A stretch of 64,000 bases of DNA from Tannerella sp. (GCA_031272455.1 JAISTS010000023.1:250-64249); one strand, 5' to 3'. Positions 23,121-34,158 are shown, numbered from the stretch's first letter. Numbers and translations are program-made. Notes: generated by a model not told the origin, from the letters alone.

Positions 23121-24859
23121 ACCCTGTCGTCGTCGGTTTTGTGCGCATCCGCCTTGATTTCCGTTTCGTATCTGAAGCGTAAAATGCGTCCATAGTGCGC
23201 CGGAATCGACATCTCAAACGGGCATGCCGAAGTGAGAGTGCCGACCATCTGCTTGCCGGTAAATAAATCGGTAAGCGTTGCCGCTTCGTTATCGTTGATA
23301 TTCAGCACCTTGAAAGCATTTTCAGGGATATTGATGCGTACAGTGGCGTCTTTTCGCTCAAAATTGACCGCTATGAGCAGCGCATCTTTGCCGTATTTAC
23401 GCAGAAACGCATAATTGAACTGCTTGTTAAAGAACGGGTTATGTGCATTGGCGCTCATCAGGTCATAGAACGCGCCCTTGCAGATGGCAGGCTCTTTTCC
23501 GGCTATGTTAAGCAGCTGATTATATGAATTATACAGCGATTTTTGCGCCTCTGTCAGCAGACTGCCGTCGAAACTCTCGTCGTTGAGCCAGTTTTGCAGG
23601 CTGCGCAGGCTCCAATAATCGAAAATCGACGTCCGACCGTCTAATCCGCTGAATCCTTCCTCGTCCATACCCACCTCGCCAAGCTCCTGACCCGACCAGA
23701 CCATCACGGGATTTGTGCCCGTAGTCGCCGCGACGAACATCCCGGGCAGACCGGCTTCGGCGTATCCGGCAAAAAAATCCGATGCAATGCGCTGTTCGTC
23801 ATGATTTTCGAGGAAAGCAACCATATTGCCTCGAATATCTGCGGTCGATTGCAGGCAGTGCGTGATGTCGGACGCCCATTTATGTCCGCAAATCACCCCG
23901 CGCAAAATATCGTAAAGTCCCACTTTATCATACAGATAGTCGAAATGTCCGCGATGGATATAGTCCCTGTACAACGCCGGATTATACACTTCGGCAATGA
24001 AACAGACCGCGTTGCGCTCTTTGACGCGCGGCACAGCCCACTGCCAGAACTCTACAGGCACCATCTCCGCCATATCGCAGCGAAAGCCGTCTATACCCTT
24101 GTCCGCCCAGAAGTTCATAATATCCAGCATCTTATACCATGTGTTAGGCGTCGGGACGAAATGCGTTTTCCTGCCGTGCATATAATCGACGCCATAGTTG
24201 AGTTTGATGGTTTCGTACCAGTCGTTTTGCCCCGGAAACGGGCTGAAGCAGTCGTTGCCCGTAGCTTTCGCCGGAAATTCACTGTACTCAAAATCTTCCT
24301 GTTTGGCGCCAAAATGCAGCGTAAGTCCTTGACCGGGAAGATAATAGAAATTGTTATCGCGATCGAAATGCTTGAATACATTGTCGTTTTGTCCGAGGTC
24401 GCTCACAGTCAAGGGCTTGGCATCGGAATGATATTGACGGGCTACATGATTGGGAATGAAGTCGATAATCACTTTCAATCCGGCATCGTGCGTCCGACTG
24501 ATGAGCACTTCAAATTCCTTCATCCGGTCGTAAACATTGTCAGCCAAATCGGGGTCAATGTCATAATAATCCTTGATGGCATAAGGCGAACCGGCTTTGC
24601 CCTTGACGACTGCGTTATGGTCTTTGACTATGCCGTAAGCCGAATAATCCGTACGGGTGGAATGTTCCAAAACGCCTGTGTACCAGATATGTGTATAGCC
24701 GTTTTGCCTGATTTGATTAAGTACGCGCGGAGTGAATGCCGAAAACTTGCCGGAGCCGTTCTCAGCAAGACTGCCGTATGTGCGCGGCGACTTCCTGCGG
24801 TTACCGAATATGCGCGGGAAGACCTGATAAATGATAATTTTTTCCATAACATTGCTCAT
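23096..24859 (-). CDS. Alpha-amylase family glycoside hydrolase (GH13), cytoplasmic
   Basis: GSPYAIKDY, DFIPNH, GFRCDMAE, IAEVY, FLENHDE; start at MSNV or MEKI. Confidence 0.88.
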   Translation of the reverse strand: MSNVMEKIIIYQVFPRIFGNRRKSPRTYGSLAENGSGKFSAFTPRVLNQIRQNGYTHIWYTGVLEHSTRTDYSAYGIVKDHNAVVKGKAGSPYAIKDYYDIDPDLADNVYDRMKEFEVLISRTHDAGLKVIIDFIPNHVARQYHSDAKPLTVSDLGQNDNVFKHFDRDNNFYYLPGQGLTLHFGAKQEDFEYSEFPAKATGNDCFSPFPGQNDWYETIKLNYGVDYMHGRKTHFVPTPNTWYKMLDIMNFWADKGIDGFRCDMAEMVPVEFWQWAVPRVKERNAVCFIAEVYNPALYRDYIHRGHFDYLYDKVGLYDILRGVICGHKWASDITHCLQSTADIRGNMVAFLENHDEQRIASDFFAGYAEAGLPGMFVAATTGTNPVMVWSGQELGEVGMDEEGFSGLDGRTSIFDYWSLRSLQNWLNDESFDGSLLTEAQKSLYNSYNQLLNIAGKEPAICKGAFYDLMSANAHNPFFNKQFNYAFLRKYGKDALLIAVNFERKDATVRINIPENAFKVLNINDNEAATLTDLFTGKQMVGTLTSACPFEMSIPAHYGRILRFRYETEIKADAHKTDDDRVYFSSNFL

Positions 24860-24999
24860 TTTTAAATCATTAACAGAACATCCGTTTTTCCAATCGCTAA
24901 CAAATTTACGCAATTTTTTTGACAGAAACAGCAATTTACAAAAAAACTTACCCGTATCAGGAATTTTTTTTTTATTTTTGTGCCGCAAAAGTATAATAA

Positions 25000-26793
25000 A
25001 TGACAATCGAACAAAGACTTACGGCTGCTGTCATCAGTGGCATAAAAACGCTTTACGGAGCAGATATACCTGATAATCAGGTGCAGTTGCAAAAAACCAA
25101 AAAAGAATTTACCGGTCATCTGACGCTGGTGGTTTTTCCGTTTCTGCGCATTTCGCGTAAATCGCCGGAACAGACTGCGCAGGATATTGGCAATTATCTT
25201 ACTGAAAATGACGATATTATATCTGAATTTAATGTGGTCAAAGGCTTTCTCAACCTGACAATTGCCTCAAATTGCTGGTTGGCGACGCTGAATGAGATAA
25301 ACGCAGATCCTGATTTTGGCATACGGCAAGCGGCTGACGACGCCCCGCTCGTGATGGTTGAATACTCGTCGCCGAACACCAACAAACCGCTGCATCTTGG
25401 TCATATCCGCAATAACCTGCTCGGATACAGCCTGTCTAACATACTGCAAGCCAATGGCTTTAGGGTCGTGAAAACCAATATCGTCAACGACCGCGGCATA
25501 CATATCTGCAAGTCGATGCTGGCATGGCAAAAATGGGGCGAGGGTGCGACGCCAGCTTCGACAGGCAAAAAAGGCGACCATCTTGTAGGCGATTTCTATG
25601 TGCTGTTCGACCAAAAATACAAGGCAGAGCTGCGAGCGCTTGAAAAACAGGGCTTTACACACGAAGAAGCCGAGACGCGCTCCACTCTGATGGAAGAAGC
25701 GAGGGCGTTGCTGCGTGCTTGGGAATCCGGCGATGAGGCAGTTGTCGCGCTTTGGACGATGATGAACAGCTGGGTTTATGAGGGCTTCGACGAGACTTAT
25801 AAACGTCTGGGTGTCAGTTTCGATCGCATCTATTACGAATCGCAGACCTATCTCGAAGGCAAAAAAACGGTGCTCGAAGGGCTTGAACGCGGCATTTTCT
25901 ATAGGCGCGACGACGGCTCCGTTTGGGCTGACCTGACTGCCGACGGTCTCGACGAAAAAGTACTGCTCCGTTCCGACGGCACCTCGGTCTATATGACGCA
26001 GGACATCGGGACGGCAAAAATGCGTTTCGACGATTATCCCATCAACCGTATGATTTATGTTGTTGGTAATGAGCAGGAATACCATTTCAAAGTGCTGTCG
26101 TTGCTGCTTGATAAGCTCGGTTTTGAGTTTGGCAAAGGTCTGGTGCATTTTTCTTACGGAATGGTGGAACTGCCTGAAGGTAAGATGAAAAGCCGCGAAG
26201 GGACAGTCGTTGACGCAGACGATCTGATGGACGAGATGAACGCCGCCGCCCGCGAAATTTCTGCAGAGCTGGGTAAGCTCGACGGGCTGCAACAGGCTGA
26301 AGCAGACGAAATTATAAGAATGATCGGGCTTGGCTCGCTGAAATATTTTATCCTGAAAGTTGACCCGCGTAAGAATATGACTTTCAACCCGAAAGAGTCG
26401 ATCGACTTCAACGGCAACACCGGCTCGTTCATCCAATATACCCACGCGCGAATATGCTCAGTGCTGCGAAAAGCCGAAGAACAAGGACTTGCCATTTCCA
26501 CTCAATTAGCTGACAACACGACCGTTACACCTGACGAGGAAAATCTAATTCAGCTTCTTTCCACTTATCCTGATATAGTAAAAGAAGCCGGCGACGAATA
26601 CAGCCCCGCCTGCATAGCAAATTACGTTTACGAACTGGTCAAGGAATTTAACCGCTTCTATCACGACTACTCGATACTGAACGAACCCGATAGCGACATC
26701 CGTCAACTCCGACTTGTCTTATCGGCTGATACAGCGAAAGTTATCCGCTCAGCAATGGGCTTGCTCGGAATAGAAGTGCCGCAAAGAATGTGA
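25000..26793 (+). CDS. argS: Arginine--tRNA ligase
   Basis: EYSSPNTNKPLHLGH, KMKSREG, DALR anticodon-binding domain. Confidence 0.96.
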   Translation: MTIEQRLTAAVISGIKTLYGADIPDNQVQLQKTKKEFTGHLTLVVFPFLRISRKSPEQTAQDIGNYLTENDDIISEFNVVKGFLNLTIASNCWLATLNEINADPDFGIRQAADDAPLVMVEYSSPNTNKPLHLGHIRNNLLGYSLSNILQANGFRVVKTNIVNDRGIHICKSMLAWQKWGEGATPASTGKKGDHLVGDFYVLFDQKYKAELRALEKQGFTHEEAETRSTLMEEARALLRAWESGDEAVVALWTMMNSWVYEGFDETYKRLGVSFDRIYYESQTYLEGKKTVLEGLERGIFYRRDDGSVWADLTADGLDEKVLLRSDGTSVYMTQDIGTAKMRFDDYPINRMIYVVGNEQEYHFKVLSLLLDKLGFEFGKGLVHFSYGMVELPEGKMKSREGTVVDADDLMDEMNAAAREISAELGKLDGLQQAEADEIIRMIGLGSLKYFILKVDPRKNMTFNPKESIDFNGNTGSFIQYTHARICSVLRKAEEQGLAISTQLADNTTVTPDEENLIQLLSTYPDIVKEAGDEYSPACIANYVYELVKEFNRFYHDYSILNEPDSDIRQLRLVLSADTAKVIRSAMGLLGIEVPQRM

Positions 26794-26889
26794 AAAATTT
26801 ATAAAAATTTGATTAATTAAAACCTTTTTTCATATCTTTGTCGCTCATTAGGTTTTTTAATTCAATTATAAATTAAATCAGATTCGACA

Positions 26890-28083
26890 ATGGAAGCAAA
26901 AAAATTTAACAGACGTAATTTCTTTCGCTTGACGGCAACAGCCGGAGCAGGCGCAATTTTCCTCCCCGACGCAACTGCGTCTGCGTTGAAAATCAACCCA
27001 TTACAGGATACTAAACCTGTTTATCCGACCCGCACCTTAGGACGTACCGGTCTCGAACTGCCCATCTTGAGCATGGGTGTGATGCGTGCCGACAACCCTA
27101 ACGTCGTCAGAGCGGCATACAACGCGGGTATAACATTTTTCGACACAGCTCACGGCTACCAGCAGGGACGCAACGAGACGATGCTCGGCAATTTCTTTAA
27201 GGATAAACCGCGCGACTCCTATCAACTCGCCACGAAAGGCAAGTTCGATTATCCGCTGAAAGACAGCTTTGAACAGGATTTCACCGCGCTGCTCGACCTT
27301 AGCCTGCAACGTTTACAGACCGACCATGTGGAAATTTTCTACACTCACGCACTCGAAAACGTTGAACAGATTACAAATGAGCGCGTTATCAATCTGCTGA
27401 AAAAATTCAAAGCCGACGGCAAAATCAAAAATATCGGCTTCTCGACACACGCCCTGAAACCCGAACTGATCGACGCAGGCGTGCAAACCGGCGTTTACGA
27501 TGTCATCCTCCTGTCCTACAATTTCAAACTTAACAACCTGAAAGAGACGGAAGAAGCTATCGAACGTGGCGTTAAAGCCGGCGTTGGATTCGTCGCGATG
27601 AAGACGATGACGGGTGGAGTTGAAGATGCCGATGGCAAGAAAAAAGTCAACGCCCGCGCCTGCCTCAAATGGGCTTGGCAAAACAAAAATATCACGACCA
27701 TCATTCCGGGCTTCAGCAATTTCGATGAGCTGGACGAATGTCTGGCAGCCGTGAAAGACCCGCAACTGACTGAAGCAGAGAAGAATTACCTCGCGATGTT
27801 AAAGTCGCAAGAGATGCTGTTCTGCCAGCACTGCGGCACCTGCGGCACACAATGCGTCGAAAAATTGCCCATTCCCGACCTGATGCATGCTTATATGTAC
27901 GCTTACGGTTATAAGAATGCGACGCTATCGAAAGAAACGCTGCTCTCGCTCAATCTACCCGCCAATCCGTGCTCGTCGTGCGGCAACGACTGTAAGGTGA
28001 AATGCCCATCAGGCTTCGATGTCGCCCGCAAAATAGCTGCGGTTACGCCCGTTATGAATGTGCCGGATGCGCTGTTATGTTAA
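26890..28083 (+). CDS. Tat-exported aldo/keto reductase with C-terminal Fe-S dicluster
   Basis: RRNFF Tat motif; RTLGRTG, FDTAHGY, ATK, GFSTH, AMKT; CxxCxxCxxxC plus CxxC...C...CP. Confidence 0.82.
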   Translation: MEAKKFNRRNFFRLTATAGAGAIFLPDATASALKINPLQDTKPVYPTRTLGRTGLELPILSMGVMRADNPNVVRAAYNAGITFFDTAHGYQQGRNETMLGNFFKDKPRDSYQLATKGKFDYPLKDSFEQDFTALLDLSLQRLQTDHVEIFYTHALENVEQITNERVINLLKKFKADGKIKNIGFSTHALKPELIDAGVQTGVYDVILLSYNFKLNNLKETEEAIERGVKAGVGFVAMKTMTGGVEDADGKKKVNARACLKWAWQNKNITTIIPGFSNFDELDECLAAVKDPQLTEAEKNYLAMLKSQEMLFCQHCGTCGTQCVEKLPIPDLMHAYMYAYGYKNATLSKETLLSLNLPANPCSSCGNDCKVKCPSGFDVARKIAAVTPVMNVPDALLC

Positions 28084-28101
28084 ACTCGTAAATTTATCAT
28101 A

Positions 28102-28974
28102 ATGAGGAATATAAGAAAATCAGTCATCGCTCTTGCAGCGTTGATTTCAGTGAATATGCTCTTTTCGCAAACGCCTGAACAGTTGCGCTCGTATCTCCCC
28201 GAAATAGCCGGATGGACGCTCGCAGATGAGACCGAAGTGTTCGATTCCGAGAATCTGTACGACCGCATCGACGGCGCCGCGCCGCTTTTTCTCGAAAACA
28301 ACTTCGTGGAAATGACGTCGTTAGAGTATAAGAAAGGCGACGATTACATCACCATTCAGGCATATCGCCATGCCACGCCCGAAGACGCTTTCGGTATGTA
28401 CGCATCCGAGCGCTCGGACGAGATGGAGCATTTCGACTTCGGCGGCGAAGCTCAGGGCGATGCCACTAACCTGTTCTTTTTCGCAGGCTCTATCTATGTG
28501 AAAATGTGGACGAACAGCGACGACGATGTGGCAGCAACGCTTCGGTCGGTCGGAAAGGCGCTATCTGAAAAAATCGACGCCAAAGCAGCATATCCGGCTG
28601 TTACACAACTCTTTCCAGTCAAAGGCAAAATCGCGTGGTCGGATTATTATATCACGAAAGGCTACATCGGGCACGAGTTTTTGAAATCCGTTTATGTCGC
28701 TAAATACAAACCCGAAGATACTGAATTTCAACTGTTTGTCCTCGACGGCAAAACAGCGGAAGGCGTCGGCGAAACACTGGCAGCATATTTCAAGTTCAGC
28801 GGACAGCCCAAAACCGATTTTGTCAAGGATAATATGTTCATTATCAAGGATAAATACAACGGCAACATACCCGTTCTGATAAAAGGGCAATACCTGATCG
28901 GCGTGTATAACGACAACGGCGCGACCGTTCCGAACGCTCACGAATGGATTATTGAGATGGCAAAAGGGCTATAA
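28102..28974 (+). CDS. Secreted conserved protein (DUF6599-like)
   Basis: Signal peptide; NLYDRIDGAA and AFGMYA..R motifs; follows an AKR/Fe-S gene, a context I associate with this family. Confidence 0.6.
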   Translation: MRNIRKSVIALAALISVNMLFSQTPEQLRSYLPEIAGWTLADETEVFDSENLYDRIDGAAPLFLENNFVEMTSLEYKKGDDYITIQAYRHATPEDAFGMYASERSDEMEHFDFGGEAQGDATNLFFFAGSIYVKMWTNSDDDVAATLRSVGKALSEKIDAKAAYPAVTQLFPVKGKIAWSDYYITKGYIGHEFLKSVYVAKYKPEDTEFQLFVLDGKTAEGVGETLAAYFKFSGQPKTDFVKDNMFIIKDKYNGNIPVLIKGQYLIGVYNDNGATVPNAHEWIIEMAKGL

Positions 28975-28982
28975 CCGTCCGT

Positions 28983-31322
28983 TTACTTTTTCTTTGCCGC
29001 CCGTCTGAATCTGCCTGTTCCGGCAGGTTTCTCGACCGTCGTTTCGATTATCTTTTTACATTCCTCAACTGTAAGTTCCTCAGGAACAGTGTTTTTGGGG
29101 ATACGATAATTCTTATTGGCATATTTTATGTACGCCCCGTAGCGACCGTTCAACACCTCAATTCCTTCGTTGGCAAACACTTTGATGTTGCGCTTCTCCT
29201 CTTTATTGCGTTTATCCTCAATCAGTTTGATAGATTCTTCAAGATTGATTGTCAACGGATTGAGCGTCTTGGGAATGGATATATACTGACTTGTATGCTT
29301 TATAAACGGACCGTATCTGCCGATGCCCGCACTTACCTCTTCGCCTTCGTATTCGCCGACAACACGCGGCAGTTCAAACAGTTTGAGCGCCTCTTCGAGC
29401 GTGATGGTTTCGATTGACTGTCCTTTCAGCAGCGATGCAAAACGGGGTTTCACTCCTTTATTGCTTTTTGAATCGCCAATCTGTGCAATCGGACCGTAGC
29501 GACCTATTTTGACATACACCGGCTCGCCTGTTTTCGGGTCTTTACCTATCTGGCGTTCACCTACTTTGTGCTCGGTCTTAACAGCCGACGCGGCAGTTAC
29601 GGCAGGATGAAACAGCTTGTAAAACTTGTCGAGCGCCGCTGTCCAGTTGAGTTCGCCCTCGGCTATTGAGTCAAATTCTTTCTCAACGTTGGCAGTGAAA
29701 TTATAATCCATTATGTCGGGAAAATATTCTTCCAGAAAATCATTGACCACGATGCCTATATCTGTGGGCAACAGCTTGTTACGATCGACGCCGACGACAT
29801 CTTTCTTTTGTTCGGCTGTGATATTACCTTTTTTCAGCGTCAGTATCGAATAAATACGCTCTTCGCCGGGTTTGTCGCCGCGAAAGACGTATTCTCTGTT
29901 TTGAATGGTCTGAATTGTAGGCGCATACGTCGAAGGACGACCTATCCCCAGCTCTTCGAGACGCCGTACAAGGCTCGCTTCGGTATAGCGCGGCGGACGC
30001 TGCGTAAAGCGCTCGGTAGCAATGATTTCGCGTGTAGTCAGCTTATCATTTACATTGACCGCCGGCAAAAGTCCGTTTTCCTGCTCTTTATCTGTTTCAT
30101 CATCAGTGCTTTCGATATAAACGTGCAGAAAACCGTCGAACTTGATGACTTCGCCTGTGGCAACAAATTTTTCCTGCAAATTATCAGCCGTAATGGTGAT
30201 ATTGGTCTGTTCCAGCTCGGCGTCAGCCATCTGACAGGCTATTGTGCGCTTGTAAATCAGGTCGTAAAGCCTTTTATCCGCCACGCTGCCGCTGATTTGC
30301 TGCGCGTCCATATTAGTCGGTCTGATAGCTTCGTGAGCCTCCTGAGCGCCCTTGCTCTTGGTCTGATATTTGCGAAACTTATAGTAGTTTTCGCCGTAAG
30401 TAGCTGTGATCGACTGCTTTGCAGCCCCCAAAGCCAAATTGCTCAGATTGACCGAGTCGGTACGCATATAGGTGATATATCCCGATTCGTACAGATGCTG
30501 CGCTACCATCATCGTTTGCGAGACCGAGAAACCGAGCTTTCGGGCTGCCTCCTGCTGCAGTGTTGAGGTCGTGAATGGCGGTGAAGGCATTTTCTTGACT
30601 GGCTTTTTCGTTATATCTTCAATAGCGAAATGCGATGAAGTGCATTTTTCGAGCAGCGCCTGCGCCTCAGCCTCGTCTTTGAGACGACGGTTCAGCTCGG
30701 CTTTGAGAATCGTTTCGCCATCGGGAAGGATGAAATTGGCTGTAACCCTGAAGAATGCGTCGGAGCTGAACTGCTGTATCTCGCGTTCGCGCTCAACAAG
30801 CAGCTTGACGGCAACCGACTGTACGCGACCTGCCGACAGCGCCGGCTTGACCTTGCGCCATAAAATCGGCGACACCTCAAACCCTACGATGCGGTCTAAC
30901 ACCCGTCGCGCCTGCTGCGCATTGACAAGATTAATATCAATATCGCGGGGCGTCTCCAGCGCATTGAGAATGGCATTCTTTGTAATCTCGTGAAACACAA
31001 TGCGTTTCGCATTCTTTTTGTCAAGCTCAAGCGTCTCCGACAGATGCCACGCAATGGCTTCACCCTCGCGGTCTTCATCAGACGCGAGCAAAATCGACTT
31101 CGCCTCACCTGCGGCTTTTTTCAAGTCCGCGACAAGCTTGCGCTTATCCGTCGGGATGACGTATTCGGGCATGTATCCGTGCTCTACGTCAACACTGAAC
31201 TCCTTGGGTTTCAGGTCTCTGATATGACCGTAACTCGACATCACTTTATAGTCTTTCCCTAAAAACTTCTCAATCGTTTTAGCCTTCGCGGGCGACTCTA
31301 CAATCACTAAATTGTTCTGCAT
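28983..31322 (-). CDS. topA: DNA topoisomerase I
   Basis: LVIVESPAKAK, DEDREGE, SAGRVQS, ITYMRTDS, GIGRPST, C-terminal GRYGP repeats; start at MQNN. Confidence 0.96.
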   Translation of the reverse strand: MQNNLVIVESPAKAKTIEKFLGKDYKVMSSYGHIRDLKPKEFSVDVEHGYMPEYVIPTDKRKLVADLKKAAGEAKSILLASDEDREGEAIAWHLSETLELDKKNAKRIVFHEITKNAILNALETPRDIDINLVNAQQARRVLDRIVGFEVSPILWRKVKPALSAGRVQSVAVKLLVEREREIQQFSSDAFFRVTANFILPDGETILKAELNRRLKDEAEAQALLEKCTSSHFAIEDITKKPVKKMPSPPFTTSTLQQEAARKLGFSVSQTMMVAQHLYESGYITYMRTDSVNLSNLALGAAKQSITATYGENYYKFRKYQTKSKGAQEAHEAIRPTNMDAQQISGSVADKRLYDLIYKRTIACQMADAELEQTNITITADNLQEKFVATGEVIKFDGFLHVYIESTDDETDKEQENGLLPAVNVNDKLTTREIIATERFTQRPPRYTEASLVRRLEELGIGRPSTYAPTIQTIQNREYVFRGDKPGEERIYSILTLKKGNITAEQKKDVVGVDRNKLLPTDIGIVVNDFLEEYFPDIMDYNFTANVEKEFDSIAEGELNWTAALDKFYKLFHPAVTAASAVKTEHKVGERQIGKDPKTGEPVYVKIGRYGPIAQIGDSKSNKGVKPRFASLLKGQSIETITLEEALKLFELPRVVGEYEGEEVSAGIGRYGPFIKHTSQYISIPKTLNPLTINLEESIKLIEDKRNKEEKRNIKVFANEGIEVLNGRYGAYIKYANKNYRIPKNTVPEELTVEECKKIIETTVEKPAGTGRFRRAAKKK

Positions 31323-31352
31323 AGTTTTTACTTTCCTGTTTGAAAACGGCGG

Positions 31353-31398
31353 CAAAGTTACAAAAAAACTCCAATCTCAATTAAATTTGCTACTTTTG
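31353..31398. promoter_or_regulatory. Back-to-back -7 promoter elements for topA (31353-31360, minus) and valS (31391-31398, plus)
   Basis: TAACTTTG on the minus strand and TACTTTTG on the plus strand. Confidence 0.6.
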
Positions 31399-31467
31399 CA
31401 CCATCATTTTTAAGAAAAAAAGGATGTCGAAGCCGATATCCGCATTAGAAACTATTATTATTAATGT

Positions 31468-34158
31468 ATGGAAATTGACAGTAAATACGACCCCGCCAAG
31501 GTCGAAGACAAATGGTACAGCTACTGGTTGGAGAACAAGTTTTTTCACTCGGAACCTGATGAGCGCGAGCCTTTTACGATAGTGATCCCGCCTCCTAATG
31601 TTACGGGCGTGCTTCACATGGGGCACATGCTCAACAACACGATTCAGGACATACTCGTGCGCCGCGCCCGTATGAAAGGAAAAAATGCCTGCTGGGTGCC
31701 CGGTACCGACCACGCTTCTATCGCTACCGAAGCAAAAGTTGTAGCCAAACTTGCCGACGAAGGCATAAAAAAATCTGACCTGACACGCGAACAGTTTCTC
31801 GAACATGCCTGGGAATGGACGCGCAAGCACGGCGGCATCATCCTCGAACAGCTGAAAAAACTCGGCGCCTCGTGCGACTGGGAACGCACCTGCTTCACGA
31901 TGGACCGTCAACGCTCCGACAGCGTCATCAAGGTGTTTATAGATTTATATAATAAAGGATTGATATACAGAGGAGTGCGAATGGTAAACTGGGACCCTGC
32001 CGCCAAAACAGCCCTCTCGGACGAGGAAGTGAACTACCGCGAGCAACAGGGTAAACTGTATTATTTGCGATATCGCCTCGCCCCTAACCACTCTCCACAA
32101 GAGAAGGAAACTGCATCCTCCCCTGCGGGGAGGGCTGGGGAGGAGTATTGCGTCGTCGCTACCACCCGTCCTGAAACGATTTTTGGCGATACGGCGGTGT
32201 GTATCAATCCCAATGACCCTAAAAATGCATGGCTTAAAGGCAAACGTGTCATCGTCCCGATAGCCAATCGCGAAGTGCCGATTATCGAAGACGAATACGT
32301 TGATATTGAGTTTGGTACGGGCTGTCTGAAAGTTACGCCCGCGCACGATGTCAACGACTATATGCTCGGCGAGAAATACAGCCTTGAAGCTATCGACATC
32401 TTTAACGACGACGGTACGCTGAATAAATACGGTCTCCATTACGAAGGCAAAGACCGTTTCGCCGTTCGCGAAGAGATAGAAAAAGAGCTTATCGACAGCG
32501 GTTTGATGGAAAAAGTCGAGCCGTATCAAAATAAAGTGGGCTTTTCCGAACGCACAAACGCGCCCATCGAGCCGAAACTGTCGATGCAGTGGTTCCTCAA
32601 AATGGAAGAACTGGCAAAACCTGCGCTCGAAGCCGTCGAAGACGACACAATCCGCTTCCATCCCTCCAAATTCAAAAATATGTACCGCCACTGGATGAGC
32701 AATATCAAGGACTGGTGCATCAGCCGCCAACTCTGGTGGGGACATCAGATTCCGGCTTGGTATATGCCTCAAGGCGGTTTTGTCGTGGCAGAAACCCGCG
32801 AAGAAGCCTATCAGAAAGCATTGTCAGCCGTCAATTATCCCCTGTCCGCTGACGATCTGCGCCAGGACGACGACGTTCTCGACACATGGTTTTCGTCGTG
32901 GCTATGGCCCATTTCCGTGTTCGATGGCATCAATCATCCTGACAATAAGGATATTAACTACTACTATCCGACTAATGACCTCGTTACTGCGCCCGAAATC
33001 ATCTTTTTCTGGGTGGCGCGAATGATAATTTCCGGTTTCGAGTATCGCAAGCTGCCCTGCTTCTACAACGTTTACTTCACCGGCATCGTGCGCGATAAGC
33101 TGGGACGCAAAATGTCGAAATCGCTCGGCAACTCGCCCGACCCGATTGAGCTGATGAACAAATATGGCGCCGACGGCGTGAGAATGGGGATGCTGCTCTC
33201 GTCGCCCGCCGGCAACGATCTGCGCTTCGACGAGGCACTGTGCGAACAGGGACGCAACTTCAACAACAAAATCTGGAATGCCCTGCGCCTGCTGAAAGGC
33301 TGGGAAATTGCCGACATACCCCAACCCGAAACCGCACGTAAGGCTATCGAATGGTTCGACGCCCGCCTGACAGCCGCTATAGCCGAAACGGACGATAATA
33401 TGGATAAATACCGCATCTCGGAAGCCCTGATGAATGTTTACAACCTCTTCTGGGATGAATTTTCGTCGTGGTATCTCGAAATTGTCAAACCTGCATACCG
33501 TCAACCTCTCGACCGTCTGACTTATCTCTCGACGATTAACTTTTTTGAACGGCTGATGCTGCTCCTGCACCCCTTTATGCCGTTTATCACCGAAGAAGTA
33601 TGGCATCTGCTCGACGAACGCAGCGAGGGCGAAAGCATTATGACAACCCAAACTCAAATAGATGAGCCTAAAAGCGCCGATGCACAAATACTGTCTGATT
33701 TTGAGGTCGTTAAGCAAATCATCGCAGGCATCCGCACCATCCGTCTCGAAAAAAATATCCCCAATAGCGCACCGCTGGCTCTGAGCATCGTGTCGGGTGA
33801 GCATAACGACGCCTACAACTCGGTGATAATCAAGCTCTGCAACCTGTCGGAAATCCGTTCCGAAGCAAGCTCTACTCCATCCGAAGGCGCACAAAGCGAA
33901 GCCACCTTTATGGTAGGCGCTGTCGAATATTCCGTACCGGTTGGCAATCAGATAGATATCGAAGAAGAGATAGAAAAACTCGAAAAAGAACTGAAGTATC
34001 AGGAAGGCTTCCTCGAATCGGTAATGCGCAAACTCGGCAACGAGAAATTTGTCGCCAACGCCAAGCCCGAAATCGTCGCTGTCGAGCGTAAAAAGCAAGC
34101 CGACGCCGAATCGAAAATCGCCGCCCTGCGACAAAATCTCGCAAATCTGAAAAAATAA
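31468..34158 (+). CDS. valS: Valine--tRNA ligase
   Basis: [36 protein letters not shown]-terminal coiled coil. Confidence 0.96.
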   Translation: MEIDSKYDPAKVEDKWYSYWLENKFFHSEPDEREPFTIVIPPPNVTGVLHMGHMLNNTIQDILVRRARMKGKNACWVPGTDHASIATEAKVVAKLADEGIKKSDLTREQFLEHAWEWTRKHGGIILEQLKKLGASCDWERTCFTMDRQRSDSVIKVFIDLYNKGLIYRGVRMVNWDPAAKTALSDEEVNYREQQGKLYYLRYRLAPNHSPQEKETASSPAGRAGEEYCVVATTRPETIFGDTAVCINPNDPKNAWLKGKRVIVPIANREVPIIEDEYVDIEFGTGCLKVTPAHDVNDYMLGEKYSLEAIDIFNDDGTLNKYGLHYEGKDRFAVREEIEKELIDSGLMEKVEPYQNKVGFSERTNAPIEPKLSMQWFLKMEELAKPALEAVEDDTIRFHPSKFKNMYRHWMSNIKDWCISRQLWWGHQIPAWYMPQGGFVVAETREEAYQKALSAVNYPLSADDLRQDDDVLDTWFSSWLWPISVFDGINHPDNKDINYYYPTNDLVTAPEIIFFWVARMIISGFEYRKLPCFYNVYFTGIVRDKLGRKMSKSLGNSPDPIELMNKYGADGVRMGMLLSSPAGNDLRFDEALCEQGRNFNNKIWNALRLLKGWEIADIPQPETARKAIEWFDARLTAAIAETDDNMDKYRISEALMNVYNLFWDEFSSWYLEIVKPAYRQPLDRLTYLSTINFFERLMLLLHPFMPFITEEVWHLLDERSEGESIMTTQTQIDEPKSADAQILSDFEVVKQIIAGIRTIRLEKNIPNSAPLALSIVSGEHNDAYNSVIIKLCNLSEIRSEASSTPSEGAQSEATFMVGAVEYSVPVGNQIDIEEEIEKLEKELKYQEGFLESVMRKLGNEKFVANAKPEIVAVERKKQADAESKIAALRQNLANLKK
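32076..32143. repeat. GC-rich palindromic (REP/RPE-like) element in frame inside valS
   Basis: Perfect hairpin CCTCCCC-TGC-GGGGAGG (32117-32133), a decayed first hairpin, and imperfect terminal complementarity CCTCGCCCC...GGGGAGG; encodes [22 protein letters not shown]. Confidence 0.65.
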
